DNA from: Selaginella moellendorffii
Taxonomy: Eukaryota > Plantae > Lycopodiophyta
Direction: 5' to 3'
NCBI RefSeq assembly: GCF_000143415.4
Contig: NW_003314261.1
Span: forward strand, 806,001 to 870,000
DNA length: 64,000 nucleotides
The first letter of the stretch is position 1. Each line of letters starts with the position of its first letter. Both the position numbers and the translations under genes were made by a program. Below, piece by piece: positions 23,960-36,600 of this stretch. The notes beneath the pieces are model-generated. The model saw nothing but the letters and a program-made list of their open reading frames with translations. It made no database searches and was not told where the DNA came from.

Positions 23960-26164
23960 TCCCCTTCCTCATGAATGTCATCCAAGTCATAACCAAAATT
24001 CAAAAACACTCTCTTCATGTCATCCTCAATTTCCTATGTAACTTCATCCATAGAATAATCATTCCATTAAACTAATAGCTCTTTAGTTGTCTTTTCACTA
24101 ATCTTTGAGACTTCTCTGCATCAATCTTTGGAACTTAGATGATGCACTGATCCATGAGATCACTAGAGTGCAAACATACTTTAAGCTTGCTCATATAGAA
24201 CGTTGGATGAATCTTCAAATTAACTGGCAAGTCCAAAGTGTATGCAAGATCCCCCATATGCTGTAAAATTGTTCAAGGCCCACAATACTGTTGAGACAAC
24301 TTAGCATTGCCACCTCCTTTTAGAGACCGTTGTGCATCTGACAGCTTAAGGAAAATCTTGTCACCAACTTTGTACTATTGATGACAACGATGGTCATTAG
24401 CTAATCTTTTGTTTCACTCTTGAGCTTGGCTCATGTTCAACTTTGTCAACTCAAGTTTGTCTTGCATATCCTCTTGGAAATCACAAGTATGAGGTACCTG
24501 AATCAAAGCTAAATTCAAACTTATACGAGACCTTGGCTCATAGCCATACATCACCATAAAGGGAAATATGTCAATAGTTGATTGATGAGCGTTATTATAA
24601 GCAGACTGAAGCAAAGGTAAGTACTTCTCCTATACTATCTATTGAGTCAAGTTTCCCACAAAAGACCTTAGCAAATCTTTTAATACCTGATTCTTCAACA
24701 TCTAACTTCATCCCAAGCCAAAAGAAATGCCTCTTCACTAACATATATGTTCTTAATACCCTTGGATGCCCAACATTTGGCATATCATGACACTCAACTA
24801 AAATCCATTTGATGAGTTTGTCAACACAAGGAACCACTACATGTCCCTTCTTCACTAGGATTTCATATTGTATCTCGAATGACGCAAACTTGTCACCTTT
24901 TAAATCTGTAGAGACATCCCTCAACAAAACCTTTGCACGAATATCAGTGATAAAGGAGTCGAAGTCCACAAACTCTTTAAGCTCATCCAAGAAATTGCTG
25001 GATAGCTTTATGAGTGAAATAGAATTTACCATCCTAGATAATGCATCAGCCACTTTATTATCACCTTCATGCTTGTATTTGATCTTAACAGACATTTCCT
25101 ACAGGAACTCTTGCCAATGAGCAAAGTGGCCTTAAAGATCCTTTTATTGATTGAAATATTGGAGAAACTAATGGTCTGAATCCATATAGAAGTTTGATTT
25201 ATATAGATAATGTTGCCATTCCTTCATAGTAGCAATCACAACATATAACTCTTTGTCTCAAGTAGGTTAATTCTGTTGTGTAGCATCAAACTTATGGCTC
25301 ATGTACACAAGATGATGCCCAACTTGAAGCAATATGGCTCTAATAACAATGTCACTTGCATTTGTCTTAACCACAAGAGGCTTTTCAGGATCAAAAATCT
25401 TTAAACATTGAAATACCACTTCACAATTCTCATCCTAACCATGAATAGTAGCATGTTTTGACATGTTCTAGAGAAGATTAGTCAAAGGGGTTGCTATCTT
25501 TGAAAAGTCCTTTACAAATCGTCGAAAAACTCCAGCCATACCAAGGAAACTATAGAAATCATGCACTATCAAAGATATAGGCCAATCAACCATGACCTGA
25601 ATCTTTGCGGGATCAAGTTTCATTCCATATACTAAAATCAAATGCCCGAGATATCCAATCTCTAAAACAAACTCGCATTTTGATAACTTCAAGTAGAGCT
25701 TATTGTCCCTCAAAAGTTGTAAAACACTTCACACATGCATCTCATGTTCCTCCATTGAAAAGCTGAATACTAATATATCATCAAAATAATCAATTGCAAA
25801 CTTTCCCAAATAAGGCTGTAAAACTTGATTCATCAATCTCTAAAAAATTGCAAAAGCATTTGTCAAACCAAACGGCATCACCAAAAACTTGTAGTGTTGC
25901 CTTTGTCTGAAATGTAGTTTTCAGAACATCCCCTGGCTTGACACAAATCTAATGATACCCTTACCTCAAATCAATTTTCAAAAAATATCAAGCACCACAA
26001 AGATGATCGAGTGAATCATCGATACGAGGGATTGGGAACATATTCTTTACCGTCCTATCATTCAATTCCTTGTCATTCATGTAGAGACACCATGTACCAT
26101 CTTTTTTTTTTACCATTATCACTGGAGCATCCCAAGGAGATTTGCTGATCTATAACCACCCTTT
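23960..26164 (-). mobile_element. Old degenerate Ty3/gypsy pol (RT-RNaseH-integrase, chromodomain remnant), left part
   Basis: [10 protein letters not shown]-like RT, NKVADALSR, HDMPNVGHP, IHPTFY.SKLK, with many stops. The reading frame continues at 46215 across the younger insertion. Confidence 0.8.
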
Positions 26165-27318
26165 TGTAAGCCACAAATTTTTCCTTTCCAATTTGCCAGC
26201 TTACCTCGTCTATCCAACCGACACTGCCTTAGCTTGTGCTAAGTTCCCTCGCCAAGGTTCTCGCCTATGGTACCAGCTCCTACTTGGTCCTACTTGGTTT
26301 TAGTTACTCACTGCACGAGCAACGGAGTGTTAGCCATCCATCCACAGATTCCCAAATCTCTCCCAATCCCCCTCCCCGGGTTAGACTGGACTTAAGGTTC
26401 GGCTACACTCCCCGCAGGCACAAGCAGCCAAGCACACCAAGCCTCCATGTTCTTAACACCCCTTGGTACCACAAGACTTGATCATAGGACCCTCTAAATC
26501 ATAAGCCTTGGGTGCAGCACTTGCTTCGGGACGTCGGGGTCAAACACTATGGCCTAACGGCCCGGTATGGGTACCTCTACCCCCCCACTTCTATCCCGAA
26601 GGGAAGGCCCAAGCCCCTAGGAAGGGCGAGGACCAATGAGCCACAAGGTACTCAAGTGGGGCACCACTCCACATGAGCCGGGAGCACCGCAGTCGGTTTC
26701 CTTTTCGGGAGTGGGAGCTGCTCTTGAGCACTTCCCTGGGTGGCCCCTCCGGCACCACCCAAGCCCATGCTCACTCCCACCCAAGGCCCCTCGGCCCCAG
26801 TCTCAACCTCAAGTCAGTTTGGAAGCACCACTGGAGAGTTCCTTCAAGACTGGTTCCTGGACCTCACTATCCCTACTATACTTTTGGAACCCCCTGTAGG
26901 CCCCCCCCCCCCCCCCCCCTGGGAGACGCACGCTTTGTGCTTTCACCCCTTGAGCTGTATTAGTATTTGGACTTAGTCTCAGAATCGATCTCGGACCCGA
27001 CTTTGGATTCGGTTTCGGACTCGATTTCGGACTCGATCTTGGACCCGATTTCGGCCCTGACTTCGGACTCGATCTCGGACTCGGTCTCAGACCCGATTTG
27101 GATCTTGGACTCTGCCTCGAACTCGGTCTCGAACTCGGACTCGAACTCGATCTCCGATTCGGCCTCGGCTCGATTCCGGACTCTATCTCGAACTCGGTCT
27201 CAGAGTCGGTCTTGGACTCGATCTTCGACTCGGTCCCATCCAATGAACTCTTTGTCATTTCTGTCATGCTCTCGGGGATCCTTTAGCCTACGACATCTCG
27301 GGGAGTCGGTTCCTTACA
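26165..27318 (-). repeat. 3' LTR of chromovirus (1154 bp)
   Basis: Matches 32508-33211 plus 45758-46214. Contains a poly-C tract and a TCGGAC/TCGATC hexamer array (~26985-27235). Confidence 0.93.
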
Positions 27319-27330
27319 ACTCCACCACCC
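27319..27330 (-). promoter_or_regulatory. Polypurine tract of chromovirus
   Basis: Minus strand GGGTGGTGGAGT directly before the LTR TG. Confidence 0.7.
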
Positions 27331-27719
27331 ATAGAAGAAGTTCGATGCCCACATTGAACGTCTCTTTTTATCCTACGACTTGTTGACCATGTCTCCGGGG
27401 GCATCCCCCCACTTAGCGGTGTGCCTAAGTTAGCCTCCCCGGCCAAGAGCCTATGACAACGGAGTATAGGTGTCCCTACACTCCTCACCTCACCACACCC
27501 TAGTATAGGGTCCGGACTTGAACCTAGCCTTGCTTTACTAGGGGGTTGGGACTCGAACCCAACCTCCATAGAATACGTCTATGGATTCGACATCCCCGCA
27601 GGGAGTCGGGCGTAGTGCCCTACGCCTGGTCGACCTAGCTAACCCATGCTAATTAGCTTACCTTCGGCACGCCTTCGGGTCCCAACATATGCCACTTGCT
27701 CAACTTTGCAAATTGATAT

Positions 27720-30700
27720 TTTTAATTGAACTTTGCATAAGTACATAGAGTTCTGCCTTGCAGAAATTCCTCCACTAGATCTCGCACGTTCGCTAGGTTC
27801 TCCTCCGGTTCCAATGTTGCTTCGCAGTATGGAAATCCTTTCCACTTCACATGGAACTCTCTCACCTCGGGTCCTTGTCACTTGCTCTTGCGCGCATTGA
27901 GGATGGCCTCGACTTCGTATTCCTCTTCCCCTTGGATAACCTCAGGTAGAGGTCTCACTTGGTCCTTGCGAAGCGGATCCTCAAAGTACGGCTTGAGTAA
28001 GTTCACGTGGAACACTGGGTGCATCTTCCCCATCTCTTGAGGAAGTCGGAGTCGGTAAGCCACTTTATCGATTCGTGCCTCAATCTCATAAGGCCCCATG
28101 AACCTACTTAAGGAACTCAAGATTAATTCATTTACAGGAATACATGCATTTTTACCTTTGGGTCAACTTTCGGCTGATCCCACTTGGTAGTCTGAGGTTC
28201 TTGGTGTTCAGCCACACCTTCTCCCCAGCTTGGAACTCTACGTCCCGGCGCTTCTGGTTCGCATACTTGGTTTGCCTCTGTTGAGCCCGTTCCAAGGAAT
28301 CCCTCACTAGATTCCAAATGCTGAGTCTTTCCGCCGTGAATGCCTCCACTGCGGGTAACTCTCCATGATACTCGGCCACGCCGAGTTCCACAGGACCTTC
28401 AATAGCTCGCCCATTGGTGACTTCCCATGGACTCACCCCGATACTCAAATGTGGTGAGTTGTTATAACACATTTCCGCGAGTCCCAAATGACTTACCCAA
28501 TCGGTCTGGTCTCCCGAGACATAGCATCGCAAATAATCCTCCAGCTGCCTATTCACCCTTTCCGTTTGTCCGTCTGTCTGTGGGTGATAGGCTGTGCTGA
28601 ATTTCAACTTGGTGCGATACTGTTCTAGGAGAGTCCTCCAGAACCTACTAGTGAAGATCTTATCTCGATTTGAGATAATCTCTTCCGGTCTTCCCCGCAC
28701 TCGAACCACTTGTTCGAAGAATAGCTTTGCCACACCTTTCGCATCCACTTCCGTTGTGGTGGGTATGAAGTGTGCCATTTTTTAAAATCGGTCCACCACC
28801 ACGAATATCACATCAAACCCCTCGCTTGGGGGAGGTCCCGTGATGAAGTCCATTGTAAGACATTTCCACGGACGATCTGGAATTGGGATGCTTTGCAACA
28901 AGCCCCCACTAGCCTTAGTCACGGCTTTTACCTGCTGACATGTTGGATATGTCTTTACATAGTCTTGGACGTCCTTAGCCATATCTGGCCAATGGTAATT
29001 CCTCTTGAGTAAGCCCATCGTCTTGGGCACTCTGCCGTGTCCCGCAAGAGGTCCGTCATGACACTCTTCTAAGGCTACCTTCTTTAGTTCCCCTTCTGGA
29101 ACATACACCCTCGTTTGCTTGTAATATATGAGTCCGTTGCGTTCCGCATAGCCCGTTTTCTCTTCTGTTGGCAACTCACCTCTCTGGTGAGCTTCCCGTG
29201 CCTCTAGATTCCTCAGCAACACTTCTTGTGCTAGACCATCGTTCTCATATGTTGTCCGCACATCATCCCAGAAGGTTGTTGTTGCGCTAGATATCGCCAA
29301 CCTCAAGCTCGCTTTTTGACTTAGTGCATCCGCCACGATGTTGCTCTTCCCAGGCTTGTACAGGATCTCGCAATCAAACTTGGCCAAGGCATTGGCCCAC
29401 CGACCTTGTTTCCCTCTCAGGTCGGGCTGTGACAAGAAGTGTTTCGTTGCCACATTGTCCATGTAAACCTTGAAGTGTCTCCCAAGGTAGTGTCGCCACT
29501 CCTTGAGCGCTTTGACCACCGCAAACAATTCCTTCTCGTGGGCAGGCCACTTCCATTGAGCCTTGTTCAACTTCTTCGAGAAGAACGCTACCGGATGGTT
29601 GTCTTGCTTCAAAACTGTGCCCAACACAAAGTTCAAAGCATCCGTTTCTACCTCAAAGTCCTTACCAAAGTCTGGTAATGCCAATACGGGAGCCTTCCTC
29701 AACTTCCCTTTGAGGTGGACGAATGCCGCCTTGCATTCCGCTATCCATACCATCTTCCCTTTTCCTGTTTGGTCCGTTAAGGGCAGGGTTACTCTCAAAT
29801 AGTGTCTGATAAACTTTTGATAGTAGTTGCATAGCCCCAGGAATGCCCTCAACTCATGTACATTCGATGGTCACTCCCATTCCTGGATCGCTTGGACCTT
29901 CTCCGGGTCCACCTTGAGCTCGTCCTAGCCCACCACATGCCCGAGAAACTTTACCTCTTGTTGAGCAAAGTCACATTTGCTCTCCTTAGCATACAGTTTG
30001 TGTTCCCTTAGTTTCTCAAACACCTTCGCCAAGTGTTTGGCATGCTCCTCTAGCGTCTCGCTATAGATCAGGATGTCGTTGATATAGACGACCACGAAGT
30101 GATCCAGATAGGGTACAAAGATGTGGTTCATCAGCGCCGAAAACGTTGCCGGCGCATTGCATAGCCCGAAGGGCATCACCAGAAACTCAAAGCTCCTATA
30201 CCTCGTTCGACAAGTTGTCTTCTTAACATCTTCCTCGGCTACCCTGATCTGGTAGTATCCTGACCTTAAGTCAATCCTCGAGAAGTATTTTGCCTTTTCC
30301 CAACCTATCGAATAGGTCCTCAATCCTGGGCAAAGGGTACTTGTTCTTCTTTATATACTTGTTGAGCAACCGGTAGTTTATGCACATGCGCATAGATCCA
30401 TCTTTCTTTTTCACAAATAACACCGGCGCCCCATATGGCGACTTGCTCAACCTAACATACCCTTTATCCACCAACTCCTCTAGTTGGCGCTTGAGCTCCT
30501 CGAGTTCTTTCTCGTTCAAACGATAGGGGGGACGAACCACCGCCTCAGCACCCTCGACCAGCTCAATCTTATGTTCTATCGGTCGTGCGGGGGGCAACCC
30601 CGCCGGTAACTCCTCCGGCATGGTATCCTGGAATTGGTCCAACACCTGTTGGATCACTAAAGGTACTTTTTCCGTTCCTGTCTTTTTGTCACTCTTCACC

Positions 30701-32448
30701 AAGAGTAAGCACAAAAATGCTGCCTTAGTTCCTTTAGTGAGTTGTCCTCTCGTGGACACCAGGTTTAAGCAAGATTCTTTGGCCTTACTTTGCCTTACCT
30801 TTAGATCCTGGGCCTCCACCCTAGATCTTCTCCCTTGGGCATTTGCCAGTACCACAAGGTTTCTACCTTGTCCATGCAAGGCTACCACGAACCGATTGAA
30901 CCAGTCCATTTCGAAGATCACGTCAAATCCCGCCATGTCCAACACGGTGAAATCCATGTCCACTTTCCATGTCTCTACTTCGACTCTCGCTTGTCGAAGT
31001 ACCTCATCGGTGCTTTGGCTACCTTGAACAAACTCTATAGTCCTTGGTTCGCCTAGCCACTGCACCGTTAGTCCGGCTTGCCGGACTATATCTGCATCCA
31101 CAAAATTATCCGAAGCACCCGTGTTAATAAGGATCTTAACAAAGCTACCTCCGAGCTTCCCTCGGAGGGCTAGTAGATGTCGCGAATGACTCTCTACCAA
31201 AGTTTTTCGCGTAATGAGTAACTTTGAGTTAGGGACTAGATCACATACCTCAGTTTGGACTTCACCCAACTTGATGGCCATATTGGCTCTGGCCTTCTTC
31301 GGGTAGGGACATTCCCTTGAAAAGTGTCCCGCTTCACCGCAGTTGTAGCATATGTTGTTTCCCACGCTGCTATACGACTTGACCTTCTTATCCGTGGGTT
31401 TGTCTCTTTTCATTTGACTCCCCCACGTACTCGCTCGCTGGCCACCGGATTTGCCTTTCCGGAACCCCGAGGACTCATTCTTAGAGAAACTCTTCTTGAA
31501 TTTCCCTCTGCTAAACGTTCCCCTTGGTTTGGCCCCTTTGCTAAACGTGGATCCCGACCCCGTCGTGTTCCCCTTTCGTAGGTTATCGTTGAAATGCACC
31601 TTGATGGCCGCATCCAACGCTTCCTTGTAGTTGGTCGGGTTCCACCGCATCACTTCACCGCGAGCCCAGGTTTGCAAACCTGATATAAAGGCATGGAACG
31701 CATCCATATCCCCCATGTCCGTGATAAGTATCCTCTTTGCCATAAACCCATTCACATACTCTTGAATGGTTCCGGTCTGCTTCAGCTTACTCAGCTCGTC
31801 CCTTAGATGCAAAGTAACATTCGGAGGAACATAGGTTGCGCAAATCCTCGCCTTCATCATTTCCCAAGTGGCCACCGGTCCTTCGTTGGCCTCTGTCGTT
31901 CTCCACCAAAACTTGGCATTATCTGCCAAGTATGGTTTTGCACATGGGACCTTCTCCGAGCTCGGTAACTGCAACGCTCAGAAGTAGTCCTCCATATCGT
32001 AAAACCAATCTTCCACCACCTTAAAGTCATTCACTCCCTTGAAGACCGGTGGGGGCTTTGGTTTGTACTTGGGAACTGCCTGAGGGACTGATTCCACTTC
32101 GGTCTGTTCGACCTTGTCTGGTTTTGCCTCAATCCCTGCCGAAGGGTCCGCACCTTCTGCGCTACCAGCATCCGCAGTCTTTCGCTTTTTCTTCCGCTTC
32201 TCATCACGCTTTAGCTTGCGTATAAGAGTCTCTAGCAGGGCATTGGTCTGTGCCAATTGTCCTTCTAGAACGTCCAATCGAGCCTTGGACGACCGAACCT
32301 CACCACCGGACTCCTGTTTGGAAGTTGCCTCACTGGAGTCCTCCTCATGCAAGGATTCCTCATCCATAGCCTCTTGTTCGACCGGAGGCTCCAGCTCTGG
32401 CGGAGGTTCCGTCTCTACCTGGGTTCGCTTACGCCCCGCCTTTGCCAT
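27720..32448 (-). pseudogene. gag-pol polyprotein with chromodomain (disabled)
   Basis: [14 protein letters not shown] knuckle, LINTGAS protease, YIND RT, ETDA RNaseH, HHCC and D..E integrase, GPY and YEVEAIL...VKWKGF chromodomain. In-frame stops at 31978, 29925, ~29871, ~28779 and 27878, plus a frameshift near 30300. Confidence 0.93.
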
Positions 32449-32492
32449 CTCCCAGCAATCCGCCTCTATCCTTCGCTAGAACTGAGGAAAAC

Positions 32493-32504
32493 GCTCCGAT
32501 ACCA
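32493..32504 (-). promoter_or_regulatory. Primer binding site (tRNA-iMet-like)
   Basis: Minus strand TGGTATCGGAGC three bases after the LTR end. Confidence 0.85.
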
Positions 32505-32507
32505 AAT

Positions 32508-33211
32508 TGTAAGCCACAAATTTTTCCTTTCCAATTTGCCAGCTTACCTCGTCTATCCAACCGACACTGCCTTGGCTTGTGCTAAGTTCCCTCGCCAAGG
32601 TTCTCGCCTATGGTACCAGCTCCTACTTGGTCCTACTTGGTTTCAGCTATTCACTGCACAAGCAACGGAGTGTTAGCCATCCATCCACGGATTCCCAAAT
32701 CTCTCCCAATCCCCCTCCCCGGGTTAGACTGGACTTAAGGTTCGGCTACACTCCCCGCAGGCACAAGCAGCCAAGCACACCAAGCCTCCAAGGTCCTAAC
32801 ACCCCTTGGTACCACAAGACTTGATCATGGGACCCTCTAAATCCCAAGCCTTGGGTGCAGCACTTGCTTTGGGACGTCGGGGCGAAACACCGTGGCCTAA
32901 CGGCCCGGTATGGGTACCTCTACCCCCCCACTTCTATCCCGAAGGGAAGGCCCAAGCCCCTAGGAAGGGCGAGGACTAATGAGCCATAAGGTACTCAAGT
33001 GGGGCACCACTCCACATGAGTAGGGAGCACTGCAGTCGGTTTCCCTTTCGGGAGTGGGAGCTGCTCTTGAGCACTTCCCTGGGTAGCCCCTCCGGCACCA
33101 CCCAAGCCCATGCTCACTCCACCCAAGGCCCCTCGGCCCCAGTCTCAACCTCAAGTCAGTTTGGAAGCACCACTAGAGAGTTCCTTCAAGACTGGTTCCT
33201 AGACCTCACTA
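32508..33211 (-). repeat. 5' LTR of chromovirus, 3' part
   Basis: Colinear with 26165-26869 and interrupted after ...CCTCACTA. Confidence 0.92.
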
Positions 33212-33653
33212 AAGCTCTATTTCGTTAAAGTGGGAATTGTCATTATCCCACTTGTAAAATAAGGTTTCTAAACCTTTATATAGTATATAAATATAACAAA
33301 ATTCAACTGCATTGAGGCACATGCCATTTTATTTTAAACAAGGAAATGTCTACTCAATCACTTCTCCTCCCCCTGCCACTGCTTCACCTCTCTCTTCTCC
33401 TTGTCATCGTCGTCCAATTTCTTTCCATCCTTTTAATATTGGCTCAGTTGCTCCGAGTCTAGGTGGAGCCCAAGTCCCCATTCAATCTTTACTTTCCCAT
33501 TATTAATAAAACAACTTCGTAGACTTCCAATAACATGCTGTAACACTTCTAGTATAATGCAAATCCTCTCAAAGAATTGTCTTTTAATATTAATACAATG
33601 GCATGGAACCCCATGCCATAATAAGTTACAGTTTTAAATAAATACATGCCATC

Positions 33654-36600
33654 TCAGACTGTTATTTTTTGCCTCCAACGCCTATACAATAATCTTGGAA
33701 TTTCATCACTCTCCACACTATCAAGATTTAAACCCAATAGTAATGCCATCTCTTCTCTAATACGTCCACACTCATGTTCAGTGGTCGAAGAACCCATCCG
33801 GTTGAGTAGATTATGGAGATGCGGATAGTGCTTGGCTAGACAATATACATGCCATAAATGATGACTGGTGTCTGTCCGATCAAATGGCTTCTGATATACC
33901 GTTCCATCTGCCATTTGGTTGATTTCTGCAGCCACCTCCTGGACTGGCCGGTTCTCTATCACCATCGCTCCAAGCCGTTTTGCAACGTCCCCCAGAACAT
34001 ACGGTTTCTTCTCCCTAGTTTCCATACTGCAAGAGATGGGGTGCACTGCATATGTGTGCGTGTTCGCTGCAGTTTTAATCGGCGAGTCATCGATGATGAG
34101 GATTTCACTTGAGCTAGCAGTCCGGTTCATCACTACAGCCTCTGGCTTGACGAAGATGGGCTTGCTACCCCTCACATGGACCATAGTCAAGCAATCCTCC
34201 TGCGTTAGGAGAAAGTCAAATGGTAATATTACTCACGTCTGATCGTGCATCATCTGTAGCAACGTTAATGCATTGTGGCGCATCATGGATGTCCAAACTC
34301 CCAATTGCAAATTGAACCCGGCCCTCTGTTTTAAGTGTCGCATGGTCATTATTAGATCTCGCAGTTTCTCCCGTGTGATTAATGTGAATCTGTCTCTTTT
34401 GACCAACTTGCGACCGCAGGCTTTGGAGGGTGCAATGACATTCGAGGACGAGCCACGCTCATGGGAGAAAAGGACACCGTTCAGATCAAAAATGATACAG
34501 TACCTTCACCGTGACTCTGAAATGAAATGCGTCAGCATAAAAAATGGTACAAGTCAATTTTACCATCTACAATATTAGCGAATGTTGCTCCCGATGGTCG
34601 TTGAGAGGGTTTTGGTCGAGGAAACGTGAAGGGCGGAAATACTCTCCTCTGCAATGTGGGGTCAATCGCATCCGATGACGTGTGGGCACATGCCATTTCA
34701 GCTGTAGACTCTGGTACAACTGGCTCAACAGTGGCATGGGGTGGTTCCGATGGCGTGTGATCACACGCCATTTCAGCTGGTGCCTCCGTTGGCAAAGTGG
34801 ACATGACCGAACAGGCAGCAGGGGCGGTGTAGGGAGGTTCCAACGGCGCATAGTCAGACGATTGGGCACACGTTGAGTCCGTTGGAAATGAGGATACGAC
34901 CGGCTCGGCGGCTGGGGCGGCCTCATGTGGGTCCAATGGCGCCTGGTCACCGTCAGTTGGATACGTGGACAAGATTGACTCAGTGGTATGGGCAGCATCA
35001 AGTGGAGCGTGGTCAGCTTGCTTGGCGTTGATATGGATAGTAGCCTCCACCAGCTCTGATGACTCTTGCAGCCAAGTAGAGTCCACTGGCGGATCCATAT
35101 GCATGTCCAAATATCTCCCTTCGATTGAGATGGTATCCTCCCGTGCTACTAAAAACAAACTCATTAGCACATTGAATCGACTATACTGTATTTACCATCA
35201 ACTGCTATTAAGGAACTAGGACCGATATCACTTGGGCGCACTGCTGATTCTGAAGGATTGGACATACGTTTCGACCCTTGCTTGGCACTATCCTTCCTCG
35301 ACACTAAAGGCTAAAGTTTGTAAATTCAACTGAATAATCTCTACTTACCATTTGCTCTGCGACCTACATGGACAATGTTAGAAATGGTAAAAGGTTAGGA
35401 ATGGATGTACTATTATTTACCTGATGGTTTGTCTTGTATGACCTTCCTCCGCTGCTCTTTGGCCACCTCAGGCTGGCCATCGTCGTCATCATCGTTGTCG
35501 TCGTTATTGTGATCGTCACCATTGTGAGGACCATCCAAGTCCTCTTCGTCCTCCTCTTCTTCGTCCTCCTCTTCTTTGTCCTCCTCTTCGTCCTTCTGCT
35601 CTTCCTGCTTATTATCTTTCTCTGGCTCCTCATCCCCCTCCTGCATTTCTTCCATAGGCTGCTCAAGCTGGATGGCTTGTTCTTCTAGGACCATCTTGGG
35701 AAAATCATCTGGCCGAGTCTCCATCTCAAAATACAAGACATCCATAGCCTGTTTTAGTGCGTGACCTAGGACCGTATCCTCACCCGACTGTCTTAACATG
35801 GTTTCTGCACGTTCTTGCACCCTTCGAAGACGACAAGATGAGAAAAACGTGGCCCTGACTTGAAAAGCTTCCCTCATCCATTGTACCTCTCCATTAAGAT
35901 TGGGGAAGGGGAGTCCGCCATAGGAATCTGAGTCATGAGGTGGTGACTGCCTGCTTTCACTCAGCCCTTGATCTGCAATGAATGGCATGAGCACACACGC
36001 CATAACCGCGAGGCATTACCTATCATCTTTTCGTTGCCCTTCTTCCTTTTCGAATCAAACGCCTCTGATCTCGACGACTGTCCAACGTGCTTTCGCTTTT
36101 TATGACCACTGTCAGTTTGAGCTTGGCTGGTGCTTGCCTGTTTTGCCTTTGAAGAAGTTTCTCCTGCAAGGAATGGCATGAGACCACACGCCATTGCAAA
36201 TATAATTTGTACCTCCTTTTTTCCTATTGCTTGTCTATTTGTCCTTCTTCGATGCGCCACCAGTGCGCTTTTCAGTCCTCGTGTCTGAATATTCACAACG
36301 ATCTATAATCAAAATGGCGTGAGGCCTCACGTGACCTTACCTTGTGCAGGTTGTGAGCTCGGCCCAACATGGGTATCTTCAACAGTAGCTGTTAACGCCG
36401 TTTCAGCATCTGGGGGTGGCCACGCTCCTGCATACAGAGCTTGTGAGATAACATTTAAACTTAAAGTGTGTACTCACCAGGTTCGCAAAGAAGATACTGT
36501 TTTTCTTTGGCAACTGTAATTATATGCTCCATTGAAGTCACCTCTTCAATGGAGTTTGTCACCGCAACACACGGGACACCCTTGAGTAGTGCGGCTCGAA

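Noticed and set aside
26809-27386. Ser/Pro/Arg/Asp-rich ORFs (also 45768-46315)
   Set aside because: They are by-products of the TCGGAC/TCGATC hexamer array inside the LTR.
27541-27567. tRNA gene suggested by GGGTTCGAGTCCC
   Set aside because: No acceptor stem, D-arm or anticodon arm can be built around it. Kept only as a hairpin.
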